45,105 bases of DNA from Phoronis australis (lineage: Eukaryota; Animalia; Phoronida): the NCBI GenBank assembly GCA_002633005.1, contig NMRA01000161.1, positions 135,102 to 180,206 of the forward strand, written 5' to 3'. Below, in pieces: positions 1-12,828 of the stretch. Made by a program: the position numbers and the translations under genes. The notes under the pieces were generated by a model. It searched no databases and was not told where the DNA came from. It saw only the letters and a program-made list of their open reading frames with translations. Each line of letters starts with the position of its first letter. Position 1 is the first letter of the stretch.

Positions 1-81
1 ATGAAGCCGGACATTTTATATCGAAATTGGAAAACACACTGGCAGCACATGTACGCCTTGACAGTACCACTTTTTATGCAG

Positions 82-249
82 ACGGCTCTTGGTCAACGTG
101 GTCGGAATGGGGGGCGTGCAACGTCCTGTGCGGATTTGGATTCCACCTGCGCAAACGTACATGTGACAATCCACCGCCAATGTACGATGGATCGAAGTGC
201 CGTGGACCGGAAGTGGACAGGCGATACTGCGAAAGAGGCCCATGCCCAG
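82..249 (+). CDS. TSR-repeat membrane protein, internal exon A (TSR; gene starts upstream of window)
   Basis: Acceptor TTTTTATGCAG ends at 81 and donor GTGTGT starts at 250; 168 bp, phase 1-1. Translates (D)GSWSTWSEWGACNVLCGFGFHLRKRTCDNPPPMYDGSKCRGPEVDRRYCERGPCP with WxxWxxW, RxRxC and 6 Cys. Confidence 0.92.
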
Positions 250-1762
250 GTGTGTAGTTCACAGTTAATTCATTGTCAACGAACCCCTATGAGAGGCCTA
301 TCTAAAAATCGGTGTCGATAGGGACGTGATTAAGATCTATACAGGTATGTTAGCAAGGAGTTTACTTCGATATAAGTGTTTATCGGTTATTAATTTACTG
401 TTATCACTACTACTAGCGCCTCCAAGTAGCGAACAAGCAATGATAAAGTACGAAGCGCGGGGAAGGGCGCGTTTTGCATCGCAATGAATTGCTCAGATTC
501 CTCCACGAAAACATAAATTGTCTTTCATTTTTTGTGTGAAAATGTCAACATGTAAATCACCCGAACGATCACAGGGATAATTTTAGAAAATCATACCCAT
601 GGCCATGGGTCAACATGACCGATGAAGGCCACAGTCACAGCCAAAGGACCTCAAATCTATCTGAGAGTCAGATTAAAGAATCGGTGGGTCTCGCTGAAAA
701 AATCAACATAGTTTTAGTGTTCCAAATTAAGCAACCCCAGAGCTTCAATGAAAACTTCTCTAAGTCAATGATGCGGGGCGCGGCCTTGACAATTTTCCTG
801 GGATCGACACTTGTAATGAAAAGTTGGAAAATACCCAGGATGATACTGACTTAACCACACGGGAATGGCCACCGGCCATTACAAAAAGTCCTTGGGGCAT
901 GCACAAAACGAGGGCCAAATCAGTCTTATCATTAGATAAATTGAAAATGATGTACACAGGTTACGAACATTAGAGTCGCTTCTAATAGTGTTTGAAAAAC
1001 CCACTTCGAATGAGCAGCTAACTGGAACTCGAAGGACTTTATCATTATTTAGGTGATCTGTGCATTATGATGCACAGCAACGTGTGCATATTTATAAACA
1101 ATGTATGTGTGTTATTATCTTCAGAGTTGCGTATGCCAACTTCACGTGTTATATTACATTTGTCATTTCTGATGTGCGTTTCACCATAGACTATAGTACA
1201 TGGACCGCCAACTCCGTATACTTTCAATGGACGAAATCTGTGATCTAACGCATAAGCCATTACGTCATTATTCACTGGCGACATCTGGCTAAATTTTCTG
1301 GTGCAATTTCCGGCAAGTACGTCGTCTTCTAATCATGGTAGGCTACTGTGTGGCCGGTTGTTCGGCCACACACGCGAAATGCAAAGGAATTAGCTTCCAT
1401 ACCATCTAAGACCCCGTAATCGGTTGTGGGAAGAAAAGCTTACTTCTGGTGTCAACGTGAATGGCATTTTTTTCAGCAATAAGACTATACATTTTTTTCA
1501 AGGCACTCGAAGATGAATGTTTTTTTAAGAGGCTCTACTACTTAATCCTGTCCTCACAAATCCATTTTTCTTCTTCCGTTTTGATGAAAACTATCTGGTA
1601 AACTTTTTGACGAAAATTGTCCGCTAAATTTCTTCCAAAGGCAATAACTCATGATCTCCTGTCCTTATGAGGAACTTCAGTCTAGTGAGCGAATTAACCA
1701 AATTACTCAAAGCCCATGGGATAAATGCAAAACGTACCTCGATTGGTGTTAATGAAGTACAT

Positions 1763-1849
1763 GTAATATCCCACTCGACCTTATTCCGCGTATCGACCTA
1801 GACCTTCGGTCTCGGTGTATACGCGGAATAATATCTCGTGGGATGTTAC
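1763..1849. repeat. Intronic imperfect palindrome (87-bp hairpin)
   Basis: Arms GTAATATCCCAC/GTGGGATGTTAC; perfect 13-bp TTATTCCGCGTAT/ATACGCGGAATAA; apex GACC-TTC-GGTC. Confidence 0.85.
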
Positions 1850-2859
1850 TTCACGTACGCCGATCTCGGTACGTTTTTTGTATCTATTGCACTGTTGTGA
1901 TGTAAAGACAAGATCTCTATGTAGTGAGATTGAAAGAACTGAAATTAAACTCGAAAAACAGACCAAAGTCGTGTCTTCAATGAAGTTTCTAGTATGGAAA
2001 CATGTGTACAATACATGTACCTTGTCAAGTTAAAACCTTTAGCTTTGTACATAATTGGCTAAATGCACAGGCGTGTCTATAAACGTACATGTGAATTGTT
2101 TGTGCGGATTAATAAAAATCTACTAAGTGTAATTCTGGGGCAAATGTCAGAGTTTCATATGTAAACCCATAGGCTGAGTGTGTGCTTTTCCAATATTTTT
2201 TGTAAGGCTTATACATGTATGTAAGAAAATGTATGTTGAAATGTTGAAATTCTGTTTTAAAAAATCGCAATGCATATATTTCGTCCAGTTTCTGAGTGTA
2301 ACTTACCTTGGTAGGCCTGAAAAAATCTTGTCCAGTTTGTTTACCCATCTACCCTAACACTGTGTGTTGATTAACCTTTTCAATTCCTGAAATTAGTAAG
2401 CTGAATTGCCCATTGCGACTCTGTTTAAGTTAACCCATCCAGTCGTAGCGTTTTGCTGAGTTCAAAGGTGTACAAGATAGAAAACAAGTTTTTGAGAATT
2501 ACCCAATGAACACGGGAAAATACCGATTTTTGTAAATCTTTTGCATGAAGCGGACACGAGAGGTAACAGTTTACCAATTAATCCTTAATGGGTGTAGCTT
2601 TTCTCAAATTTTCGTACCAACATGGCCAATGACCTGATGGGACTTCTTGGTAATTCGTTTTCAATCTGAAAGGGGCTACCTCACACAAAACGAGGTGACT
2701 GAGCAGAATGTTACATCTTTTAAGTAATAAGGACATGGCAGGTGAGGAGTATTCGTCGACAAGGAGAATTTTCTGTCGTTTTCCGTCTGCGTACTACACT
2801 GTATTTTTGTTTCTCTTGTTTCTCGTTGATTGTCGGCCATGTTTGCGACCTCGTTGTAG

Positions 2860-3033
2860 TTCATGGCGGGTGGACATGCTGGAGCAATTGGGAGCAATGT
2901 AGCGTATCGTGCGGCCAGGGGATAAAATCGAGAGAGCGGAATTGTTCCAGACCACGACCTGCCTACAGTGGAAGGACGTGCTCCGGACACCCAAGAGAAA
3001 CTGCAATGTGTAACGCCGGTGTGAGTTGTTCAT
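2860..3033 (+). CDS. TSR-repeat membrane protein, exon B (TSR)
   Basis: Acceptor TTGTAG ends at 2859 and donor GTGAGT starts at 3034; 174 bp, phase 1-1. [58 protein letters not shown]. Confidence 0.9.
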
Positions 3034-5059
3034 GTGAGTACACTTTTAGATATCGGACTTGTGAAACGATCAGCAAAATACCAAAGCTGCTTGCATTCTG
3101 CTCCTGAAGAACCGGATTGAAGGGTCAGCTGTCAATCTTCGATCTTTGTTCGTTGGCTGCAGGATTTGAGTTATACGCGCATTCCGTAGACTCGCGAAAA
3201 CGTAAGATCACTTCGCAAAATATCGTTCGTGCGACAGCCAAGGGGCGGCCCGGGCCTAGACATGTAAGAAAACAGTATAATTATATAATTATGTTGGTAC
3301 CCAAGTTACTGAACCGAAAGTGGAGAGGTCTCGTGATTTAGTGGTCGATTCCACATTTTGTTTTTTAAGTGCTACCCAAAAACTATTCACTATTTCCGAA
3401 AGTTATCTCCTAAGCGACACTAACGTGTGAAAAGCATGTCATAAATATATCAAAATTTAATCGTTCAGACGCTGTATTTTTACTAAACCGGCTACATAAA
3501 AACTTAACCAAGAAAAACGTCTGCAATGGGCGAAGTGTGAATAAACAAACTTATTTTCGGTATTAAATATGCATAGTCTCATTAAATTGTGAATGTACAA
3601 ATGAAGCCATCCGAGAAACAGATGCCATTAGAATCTCGCGAAAGTCTCGTTTTTCGAGACTATTTCTATGTAAAGGAGTTTTCATCATGGCGGACGAAGA
3701 TCCAGTGCCGCCCAAAAGATCAAAGAAGGCCTTCACTTTCAACAATATTTACAGCATGCCGTTTTGCATCTCTGCCAGTGCAAAGTCTAGGTATTTGCAT
3801 ACACTTCTCGTATGCATTCTTAAGACGACAGGGGAATCCCTGGGAAAACCCAAAGCGCTGTCGTTACCCAAACGAAACAAGACATAGTTTTCGTTCCACT
3901 CAATGTCTGAAGTCCTCGTCCGCTAGTTGGGTTAAGTTACTGCAGACAGTCATGTAGCGGTTGTGTTTATGTTTACGTTGTAACTTTTGAGGTAGACTGG
4001 GAAAAGGCGGGGTTTCCGTCCCGAGCGCTAATTTTTAATCTGACAATGTGAGAACAGTTACGTGAGATTAATGACTTCAAACTTGTTTGTTATTCGATCG
4101 ATGATTATTCGAGAAAAAAATTAGCAAATATTAGTGACGACGGTTAAATGTTGACGAGAGGAATCATGGTCTCTGGCGATACGACCGAAGCTAACCGTTC
4201 GTACCGCACCGCAGATTCGCCGATCCGCTCCTGAGTCCACTTGTTTACCGCGAAATTACTTGAAGCTGTTATCCTCTATCCAGGACTGAAGTTAACCGTT
4301 CATTCTGGCTGCAACTCCCCAGACCGTCAACGCGTCGACTTCAGCATAGAGGCTTTTGGAAAAGCGACAAGTGTGCATATGAACGTCTCATACCGTGTCA
4401 ACTGCGTTCAAATGAACGCGTTTCTATTGATACGCTATCGAAAAGTGTACGTCTTAAGTCAAATCGCCACCACCGACACGGTTTTAGTCTTCTGTGGCGT
4501 ATATCAGAATACATGACGCAAAAGATATGGTAGTATCGTTGTCTGGAAGTCACAAGGTGTCGACGGACAATGAATATCCTGTCTGAAATAGCCTACTGCG
4601 CGCAGTCGCCTGACGCACTGATAAAAACACACTAATTTACACTTTTTACCCCCTGGAAATCATGTTATACACTTGTCCGCTTCATTCTTGGGTTGACAAT
4701 TATACCTTAATTAACTTTATTTAAAGACTCTGGTGTACTTTAAGATTGGTTAAATTATGAAATTTAGTTTCTTGACATCAAATTGGCATAATCTTGGTCG
4801 ATGATCCTGCGTTCTACAAGTCCTTTGATCTTCGCATCAGAAAGTGGTAGAGTCCGAGGGTTTACAACATACAGACGTTTTTGTAGTTTACCTATGTAGG
4901 GTAATCGTACACAGTCCCCAAGTTTTGTGTGAAACAATTCATGGGTGTTGTGACCATCTCCGTAAATTAATATTTTCAGAAAATCATGACCATGTGTCTA
5001 CGAGCTTTTTTCAATATCAACATCCTAGAAAGGTCGACTTATTCTTCGTAACTTTCATT

Positions 5060-6050
5060 TTTTTCATTGATGATCTATGTTGATTGAAGAATACACAGAA
5101 TATACACGGAAAATAATGACAAACCCAGAAATTGCGACCCATTAAATCTGTATTGTAGACAGTACACAAATGAAAGTAGTATTCGTGTATAGTTTAGACT
5201 ACCATTTAATAATGTTGTAACTTTAGTAGAGATATTACAGGAATTGAGAGCATTTACAATTACTTGGTTTTCATTGACTGCACGAAAGAGTTTCTCGGGT
5301 AATCGATAAGGGCACATTTGAAGAAAATATGAGGATAAAATTAATGGTCACAACATGAACAGTTTGGAGGGGCGTTACCTAAAATTGTGCCTAAACTTGC
5401 TGGAGTTGAGGAAAAAACAGCATCTCTAATGTTGCAATGCTCTTTTGTTTTCGCAAGGCAGCGAGAATTGTGTCAAAAAGTTTTAAAGTTGTTTTTTATA
5501 CTCGTGAATGAGTTGCATTTCTTATCAGAGACTGGAAGAGAATTCCAGCTGTAGATGCACATCATAACTGTTCGGAATGCCTGACGGAACGAAAAAGGAG
5601 TTGTATTTGGGGCGGAAGATCTCAAACCAGTGCGATGGCTTGTTTACATCTGGTATATAAATCAAATAATTTTTAACAGATGGATTTTTGACATTGTTTA
5701 GTTCTTTGAAGGTAAAAATGACTGCAAAAATTGGGTCGAGTAGACAGTTTGGGCCTGTTGAGACTATTCAAAACCTTAACTTTATTGGATCCCCTGTAAG
5801 GCAGCTTGATACTGTATTTTCTCCAAATGCTGGAGTGCACCAGTGTTGACAGACTGATATATAATATCACCATAGTCGATGTGCAGAAGTATAAATGATT
5901 TGAACAGGACTTTTTTTTACTGTGTAGAATTCAAATCGTGAGAAACAAGTTTTAGTGGATTAGTTAGTTTCTGAATTGGTGTAGCTTATTCTAATCCCAT
6001 AATTTTCAATACCGTCAAGATTAAGGTTTTCAACTTCTTGCTTCTTTTTC
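5060..6050 (-). mobile_element. Decayed LINE (CR1/L2-group) ORF2 C-terminal fragment
   Basis: Frameshifted minus-strand peptides HIDYGDIIYQ..LQHLEKIQYQAAL, SWNSLP, NCSCC..HIFFKC and LLNGS. Boundaries approximate. Confidence 0.65.
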
Positions 6051-6639
6051 TCTCTGTATATTGCACAGGGCTATGGAAATCAAGTTCATGTAAATGTGTG
6101 ATTTCATTTTAAAAGCGAATAGAAACAAAATCTCTTTCAATAAGAGCCAAATTTGCCTCTCTACCAGTCGGCTTTGAGGCTACATCCGGTGCTGTTTTTT
6201 GAGTGCAAACCCCGTCTACATGCTCCGAAATGCGATTTTTCAAAAAATCGGTGTGACTGAGTAGACGAGGCTTCACACAAATTTAAGGAATGTACTATGT
6301 ATACTTCAGTGCACTCCTCTGATATGCTGACTTTTGTCGCTATCTGATCTGCTTCACCAGGAACAAATCAGAAGATAACATTATGACACTTTGATAAGAA
6401 AACCGTAAACTTGTTTGCACATTTGGGCCAGGTACAAGTAGCATAAAAGTTTAAAACGTATTTGAGGGATAACATTGATTGTTGCATGACATCAAATCAA
6501 CCATTCAACAATGGCAACGTGACGCGAGAGGATGCTACATATCGTTGTTGCTATCTAGCGCACAACGTATATGCATCTGGACCCAGTTGCTATAAATTCC
6601 GTATCTGCTTCTCTTCCGTTGAAATAGAGCTTCTGGTTT

Positions 6640-7936
6640 GAGACAGAGAATGAAAATGACATGCAAGATATGTTGAATGTTTTAAACAACTGGTGTAAAA
6701 AATGGAGAATGGTTGTGAACATGGCAAAAACTAATGTTGTTCATTTTCGAGCTAAGTCTATGCCTAGAAGCAATTTTGAATTTATTTTGAACAGTGTCAT
6801 CAATTATGAATCCTCATACATTTATTTAGGCTGTATTCTGGATCAACACCTTGGCTTCAAAGAAAGTTTGAATACGTTATCTGAAGCTTCGGGTAGAGCG
6901 TTAGGGAAGATATGCTCAACATTCCGTGATAACAAGAATCTAGGATTCGAAACGTTTAACACATTATTTAATTCGTGTATGGCACCAATCTTGGATTAGG
7001 GGTCATCTGTTTGGGGTTACAAAAATTTTGTTAATGATGAAAATATCCAAAACAGGGCGATGCGTTTTTGTTTAGGGGTCAACCGATTTACAGCCACTCA
7101 TGCTGTTAGTGGTGATATGGGGTGGGACTCCACCGGAAATAGATTTAAATTGAACATGCTGCGTCTTTGGAACAAACTAGTAACCACAGGTGGTGATAGG
7201 TTACTGAAGAAGGTATTTCTATGGGACTACTCTGTTGGTAGAAAGGGTTGGATAGACGGAATCAAAAATTTGTTTAACATAATTGGCATGCAATCCTGTT
7301 TTCAAAATTTGATTACTTTTATTATAATAGATGCTAGAAACGAACTATTTGAGTACGTGAAACATGCTGGGGCTGAATCTGTTGTAATTAAACCCAAGTT
7401 AAGAACCTACATTTTATTTAAGCACGGGTTTTAAACTGAGCCGTATGTAAAGATTAATTTATCTCATTCCGAGCGGTCTGTTCTGGTTCAGCTTAGAGCA
7501 GGAAATCTCCCATTGCACTTGAAAACTGGTCGTTATGTAAACACTCCTGTAAGTGAAAGACTTTGCTTGTGTTGTGATTCTGGTTCTTTGGTGGATGAGC
7601 TACATTTTGTGTTTGGTTGTTCTCTTTATAACTAACGGAGGTCTATTCTGTTCAATAATGTTTCACTTCAAATCCCGAACTTTGTAGATTTCAGCAGATT
7701 AGATACGTTAAGACTGCTATTTCAGTATTTCCCTAGGCAATTTGCCAAATATATCAAGTCTGCTTTTGAACTTAGAAACCGACGCATTTATGGTAGGCCT
7801 ACATCTGAGTTGTGTGGTTAAAGTGACTAATAAGCCCAGCTGGACTGGGTACTTGTCTTTTTTACGAATATTATACCTAAAATTGTTTGATTTAATTGTA
7901 CTTGTCACTGTAGTAAATACTACTAAATACTACTAC
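6640..7936 (+). mobile_element. 5'-truncated decayed LINE: RT C-terminal half, Cys/His motif and (TAC)n tail
   Basis: WCKKWRMVVNMAKT, YIYLG, PILD*G, KPKLRTY, QLRAGNLPLH, TGRY..ERLCLCC..DELHFVFGC, with in-frame stops. Ends TAAATACTACTAAATACTACTAC at 7914-7936. Confidence 0.88.
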
Positions 7937-8986
7937 AGGTTTCATTAAAAACTAGCTCCAAATGGATTTCTGCTAAGGTAAATTGAGAAGCGAATTTGTT
8001 TATCGTCAATTGGACGTCAACCTTGTTTACAGTACAAATATAGTGTGCATTTGATATCTTTTGCAGCTGAAGACGAAACACAATTAGACGACACTGATTA
8101 TATCGGTAAGTGAACTCCCAGTGAACTGACAATCCATGACTTTTGTGAACACGGCGACGTCTACAAAATCTGACTTCCGATGTTGCATAGAGTGAGCGTC
8201 ACCTATGTTGAAGCAAGTATTAGAGTGGGAACTAGGTCGAAATCTTTTGTCATAATCATTCAAAAATCAACAAATGCCTCACGAAATAGTCCGCAAAAAG
8301 AGATATATTATGTGACAAAGAGTATGAAGCAGAAATTAAGGAGAAGCAAGTGACTGATCATCAGTTTTCATCCACTGACTGGGTTAAAACACGAAATTTA
8401 CACATTATTATGATTATTGTTGTCGTCGTCGTGCTGACTTTGGTCGTAGTCATCATCGTTACAATTTGTGTTGGAATATAGGGCTACACCTATAGCATAC
8501 CTGTCATATAGTGGTTCTCTTTGATCGTTTTGTGAAGAGAATTATTGACTGATAGTTTGGAAGAGCGAGTTTATCTGTAATTTTCTTACACCATTCACTG
8601 TCCCAGCCTCGCCGATCAACCAGTTCAGTGGGGGACAGTTTGCTAATGTACATGTACGCTGGTACTGTCTCAAGCTTCCATGTGAAATACTAGTATTTTA
8701 CTTGCTTGTGTGATCTCGCCATACCCAAAAGAAACCAGTCTGATGGAACCCACGCCAGGGACGATAGTTTCGTGATGATTACAACATAGGTTAGTGACTC
8801 TGACCTACCCTGCAAAAGAGTGAGCATACAGCTATTTCACTACCCGTTGTAAACATTTCCATTTTCTGATCGTGTCAAAGCGGTTGGTGAAAAACAGACG
8901 GAAGCTCACACTGTTGGAGTCGACAATTAACGTATACATGCATGTATTGACAAGAAAATTCCTATACTTCCCCGTTGTGTTTGCAG

Positions 8987-9151
8987 ATTCAGGAAAGTGG
9001 TCTGATTGGTCCAGCTGGTCGTCATGTGAACAACTCTGCAATGTTGAGGCTAACAGAACCAGAAGCAGACGGTGTAAAAACACCGACGTGACGAAGTGTG
9101 TTGGAGACGACAAGCAGGTGAAACTATGTCCATTTAAAGCTTGTCCACTTG
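8987..9151 (+). CDS. TSR-repeat membrane protein, exon C (TSR)
   Basis: Acceptor TTTGCAG ends at 8986 and donor GTAAGG starts at 9152; 165 bp, phase 1-1. SGKWSDWSSWSSCEQLCNVEANRTRSRRCKNTDVTKCVGDDKQVKLCPFKACPL. Confidence 0.9.
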
Positions 9152-9910
9152 GTAAGGACTTGTGTACTTCAAGTGACTCTCAACCTGTCTTCCGGCAAAA
9201 ACGTATTTGCAAGAGTAGTGGTGTTTTTTGAGCTTGGACCAAAATGACAGTTTATTATGTCTCAACAACATGGCTTGTCACCCCAGGTCGTTTTTTCCCA
9301 AACGTGGTCTTGGCATTAACGAGGTGCCGTTTCCTCTGAAGCCCTGAATCCACTTGTCATCTGACCATGAACAAGGTGAGACCAGGGTCCAGTTATTTAA
9401 CGCCTGGGGATGAATGGTCTAAATCAAAGCTTATTTTGGAAGGAACAAAGGTTTAAAGCGGCTTTAAGAGACAATACCCGACGCTTTTCTCATCAATTAA
9501 CTTTTGATTTATTATATCAAACTTTTATGAACTCGGTCTCGTCTAGTTTCTTAGAAATGATGTCGAGGCTTGAGAGTAACTGACAGGTGAGAAGAAATAA
9601 ACAACTTGATAAATATATTTTCGCGAGTAGAAAGCATTGAGTCGTTTTATAAATCCATGTCCTGGTTGCCAGAGAGTGTAACGCAACGTTTCACGAATTA
9701 TGACTATCCGACATTTACCAATTTACGGCGGCATACATGTCCGTAATCCTTTTGATTATGACGTGCGCTAATAACATGTCAAATGTCGTCTGTGAGCAGA
9801 TGGTTACACTGCATTTACAATGCATATATACATTTTTAACAGAATTGTGAAATACTGAGCTTCGGGCGTTATTTTCGTATTCCTAAGAGGGTATGTTGTC
9901 CTATTAACAG

Positions 9911-10066
9911 AGGAACTTGTAATTTGGGGCTCATTTGGACCATGCAATGTAACGTGCGGTGGAGGACTACGGTATCGTAACAGCACATGCAGTGTTAAAG
10001 GCAGACCTGGGCCTTGCAACAAAACAGAATCTTATTTCGCCTGCAATACAAACACATGTCCATCAG
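9911..10066 (+). CDS. TSR-repeat membrane protein, exon D (divergent TSR; absent from supplied ORF track)
   Basis: Acceptor TTAACAG ends at 9910 and donor GTAAGT starts at 10067; 156 bp, phase 1-1. EELVIWGSFGPCNVTCGGGLRYRNSTCSVKGRPGPCNKTESYFACNTNTCPS. Confidence 0.88.
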
Positions 10067-10634
10067 GTAAGTTGGGGCACTCCTACTTATCGTTTGATTT
10101 TGTCTCTGGTTTTCGGAGTGGTTAGTTGACGTGCCGTGAAAAACTTGTAATACACAACGACGGCTGCAATAGCTGTGTTGCTTAACTGATGGTTCCGTTC
10201 CAGGTTGATAGGTGCATGTTTTCATCAGAGTGTTTGTATGTAGCCATGTAACTACTGCAACATTCGATAGGTAGTAGTCGGGTTGGTGTTGTCAACATAC
10301 GAATAAATTATCTATATTTTTAGTTCCCAGAGCTGTAGATTACGAATAGTATCGCTTGGGTATCTTACTACAGGCGTGTTCGCCGGTTGGTATCAAGTTT
10401 TAAATGTTTGAATGGAGTGTCGTTTCTGCTTGCTGAGGATAGGAGTGTTTTCGTTTTATGAAGTGTTCAGTTGTCAATACTGGTTTGTTCCATTTAAGTA
10501 GTTTAGTATACTCGTCCCACACTCTTTTGCTCATAATCAGAAACGATAGTGCAATTTCTGACATGACTCGTGACTTCTAAATACTGATAAACCAATGAGA
10601 TTGTCGACACAATGCACCATGTTATATTTTAAAG

Positions 10635-10856
10635 TCGACGGCAATTGGTCAGAATGGTTGCGTTGGAGCAGGTGTAACAAAACGACTAATCAAGAGATCA
10701 GAAGCCGCACCTGCACCAATCCAGCTCCGAAAAACGGAGGATTGCCGTGCGTAGGTTGGCCAACATTGTTCAGGCGCTGTGAGGAAATTACCTTTGCAAA
10801 GGCAAAAGCCAAAGAAACTGAAGAGTCTAAGAAAACGGCAGAAAATATCTCGTCAG
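10635..10856 (+). CDS. TSR-repeat membrane protein, exon E (4-Cys TSR plus Lys/Glu-rich stalk)
   Basis: Acceptor TTTTAAAG ends at 10634 and donor GTTAGT starts at 10857; 222 bp, phase 1-1. VDGNWSEWLRWSRCNKTTNQEIRSRTCTNPAPKNGGLPCVGWPTLFRRCEEI...AKAKETEESKKTAENISS. Confidence 0.88.
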
Positions 10857-11005
10857 GTTAGTCAGCCAGTCAGGCAGCCAGGCAGTCAAAAAATATTTTT
10901 CAAAAACATTCAATGCGCCTGCATTGTACTGTACAATGTACATGCCTCAGGATAGTTATTGAAAGGAGTAATCTTATGTGCAAGTTCTCTCAGACACACG
11001 CGTTA

Positions 11006-11347
11006 GGACGTCGAGTTCATGAAAACCGCGGTGTTGCGGTGACACCATTGGCTTAAGGAAACGTGTACAGCAATAAGTTCGATTTCACGTACAAAGACTA
11101 GAACCATAGAAGTGCGTCCCGGCCTTAGTTTCTTTCTAATTTGATGTGATCACGCAAGACCACGCAAAGTGAAAGGCAGGTTGCCTTACGCACACGCAGT
11201 GGCTAAGTGACTCCTACTGAAATGATTGGTGGGCGTGGCTACTGGCTGGACTGTTTAATTATTGGATGAAGATTTTAGTGAATTCGTTATTTACGTTACG
11301 TAGTCTAAGCAACCCTGTTGCTTAAAGCGTCTATGAACTCAGGTCCC
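11006..11347. mobile_element. Possible MITE with degenerate terminal inverted repeats
   Basis: GGACGTCGAGTTCAT at left and ATGAACTCAGGTCC at right; no clean TSD seen. Confidence 0.35.
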
Positions 11348-11796
11348 ATCCAAGAAGCGGACTATTTATTTAAAACACCTAACTCCGTGAAGTTGGTTTA
11401 CTTGCAACAGAAGCGATTTCTGAGTTTGCGAAGAACAGACAGTCCGCTATTTCTTTTAAGACCATGCGTCGTATAAAATATCACGTCGCGACAAGGCCAC
11501 TGGTCTCAAGCAATAACGGATTGTTAGTTAATTCGAATCCCAGAAATCACGGTTTGAAAGCAGTTACCTTAATGGTCCCAATCAAGAGCTAGTTTTTATG
11601 CGTTCACGTGGTTTCATATCACCATCTTCTGTGTCTCAGCGTGTGGAACATACATGCATTACTGAAACTTCTAACCCCTTTGCAGGATAGTGATGGGATT
11701 TACTTGACGAGTTTCTATGAAACTGACGTCAGATAATGATGAAGTTCTAGCCGATCTGACTACCGATGTACCCCTGGTGGCACTTATATACTGTTT

Positions 11797-11871
11797 AGAT
11801 AGATCGATATAGGAGTAGATCGATGGATAGATCGATGGGTAGATCGATGGACAGATAGATAGATAAATAGA
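11797..11871. repeat. Degenerate GATA/GATC microsatellite
   Basis: Repeating TAGATCGATGGA and GATA units. Confidence 0.8.
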
Positions 11872-12645
11872 CTTAATTCAATCTTGATGGAAAGTTGAGC
11901 CAGAGGCTTCTATCGGAATTGGTAAAGTAATTATAAATACATGTATGTTTTTGACTCTATATCTTCGGAGTTTCTTAGTGAAATTTCCAGAAAATCTGAA
12001 ATTATAGCTCTCTGGTCAACGGGTCGACGAATACTCATTAATTATAGAGTACATTTGACGTGATCTAAGCCACCATTTGCGTTATTTTCGAGTTCTATTT
12101 GGGGACGGATAATTATCGAAATTGGCAGATGTCCCACAACTGCGGTGCTTCTAACGGAAATCTCGTGCTTTTATTTTCGTCCGCGGCCATGTCTCTATAA
12201 GGGCTTGCAGAAGTTTTGTGAAAATTTCCTATGGAGGTGATGACGACGACAGATACGAATATCAATCCCAGTTTTCCACTTAATTACACCTTTGAAGATT
12301 CAGAGTCCATTACATATTTTCACGACAAGTGCCAAATACATTTCTATTAATGGTACGACTTTTTCCCCATTTTCGGATAGATTCGGCATATGCTGCGCCA
12401 CTTATCACTCTTTAAATCTTTTCCACCATTAATGGTAGTACATTTACCATCAAATGTATTGTCAAACGTCGACGCTTATATGCCATCTCTGGTTGCCCCG
12501 CAATTGAGCCCAGAGTTTTTTACAACAACGCTACGAGGTATGCTGTTAAATTTACATGCATATCAAACTTTATTTAGTGCATCTCCCCTTTAACTCGTAC
12601 ATGTATCTCGAAAAACAGGCTATGTCAACCAGGTAAATTACGTAT

Positions 12646-12781
12646 TTTCTTGAAGAAAAAAGGCTCAGACCGCGCGATCGACAAAGCAAAAGTCATATTA
12701 AAAAGAGTATAATATAGTTTCTTGAAGAAAAAAGATCAGAGCATGAGATCGAAACAGCGAAACATCACATTAAAAATGAGT
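12646..12781. repeat. Diverged two-copy tandem repeat, period about 72 bp
   Basis: TTTCTTGAAGAAAAAAG...TCAGA...GATCGA...ATTAAAAA(T)GAGT starts at 12646 and at 12718. Confidence 0.75.
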
Positions 12782-12828
12782 GCAGGTGGTTCATGTACAT
12801 GTATGATGTCATGTGCGATGCATCAAAG

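Noticed and set aside
1-321. ORF-track proteins overlapping TSR exons in other frames or strands (e.g. 1-321, 2676-2990, 8832-9113, 9804-10022)
   Set aside because: Shadow frames of real exons; no independent motifs.
3019-3026. Alternative donors in exon B (GT at 3019, GTGAGT at 3021)
   Set aside because: 3021 is phase 0 and would frameshift. 3019 has a weaker context and drops the sixth canonical Cys. 3034 keeps both phase and domain.
3687-3887. Short ORF MADEDPVPPKRSKK with NLS-like start
   Set aside because: Only 66 aa, no domain recognised and no element termini found; probably interior of a decayed transposon.
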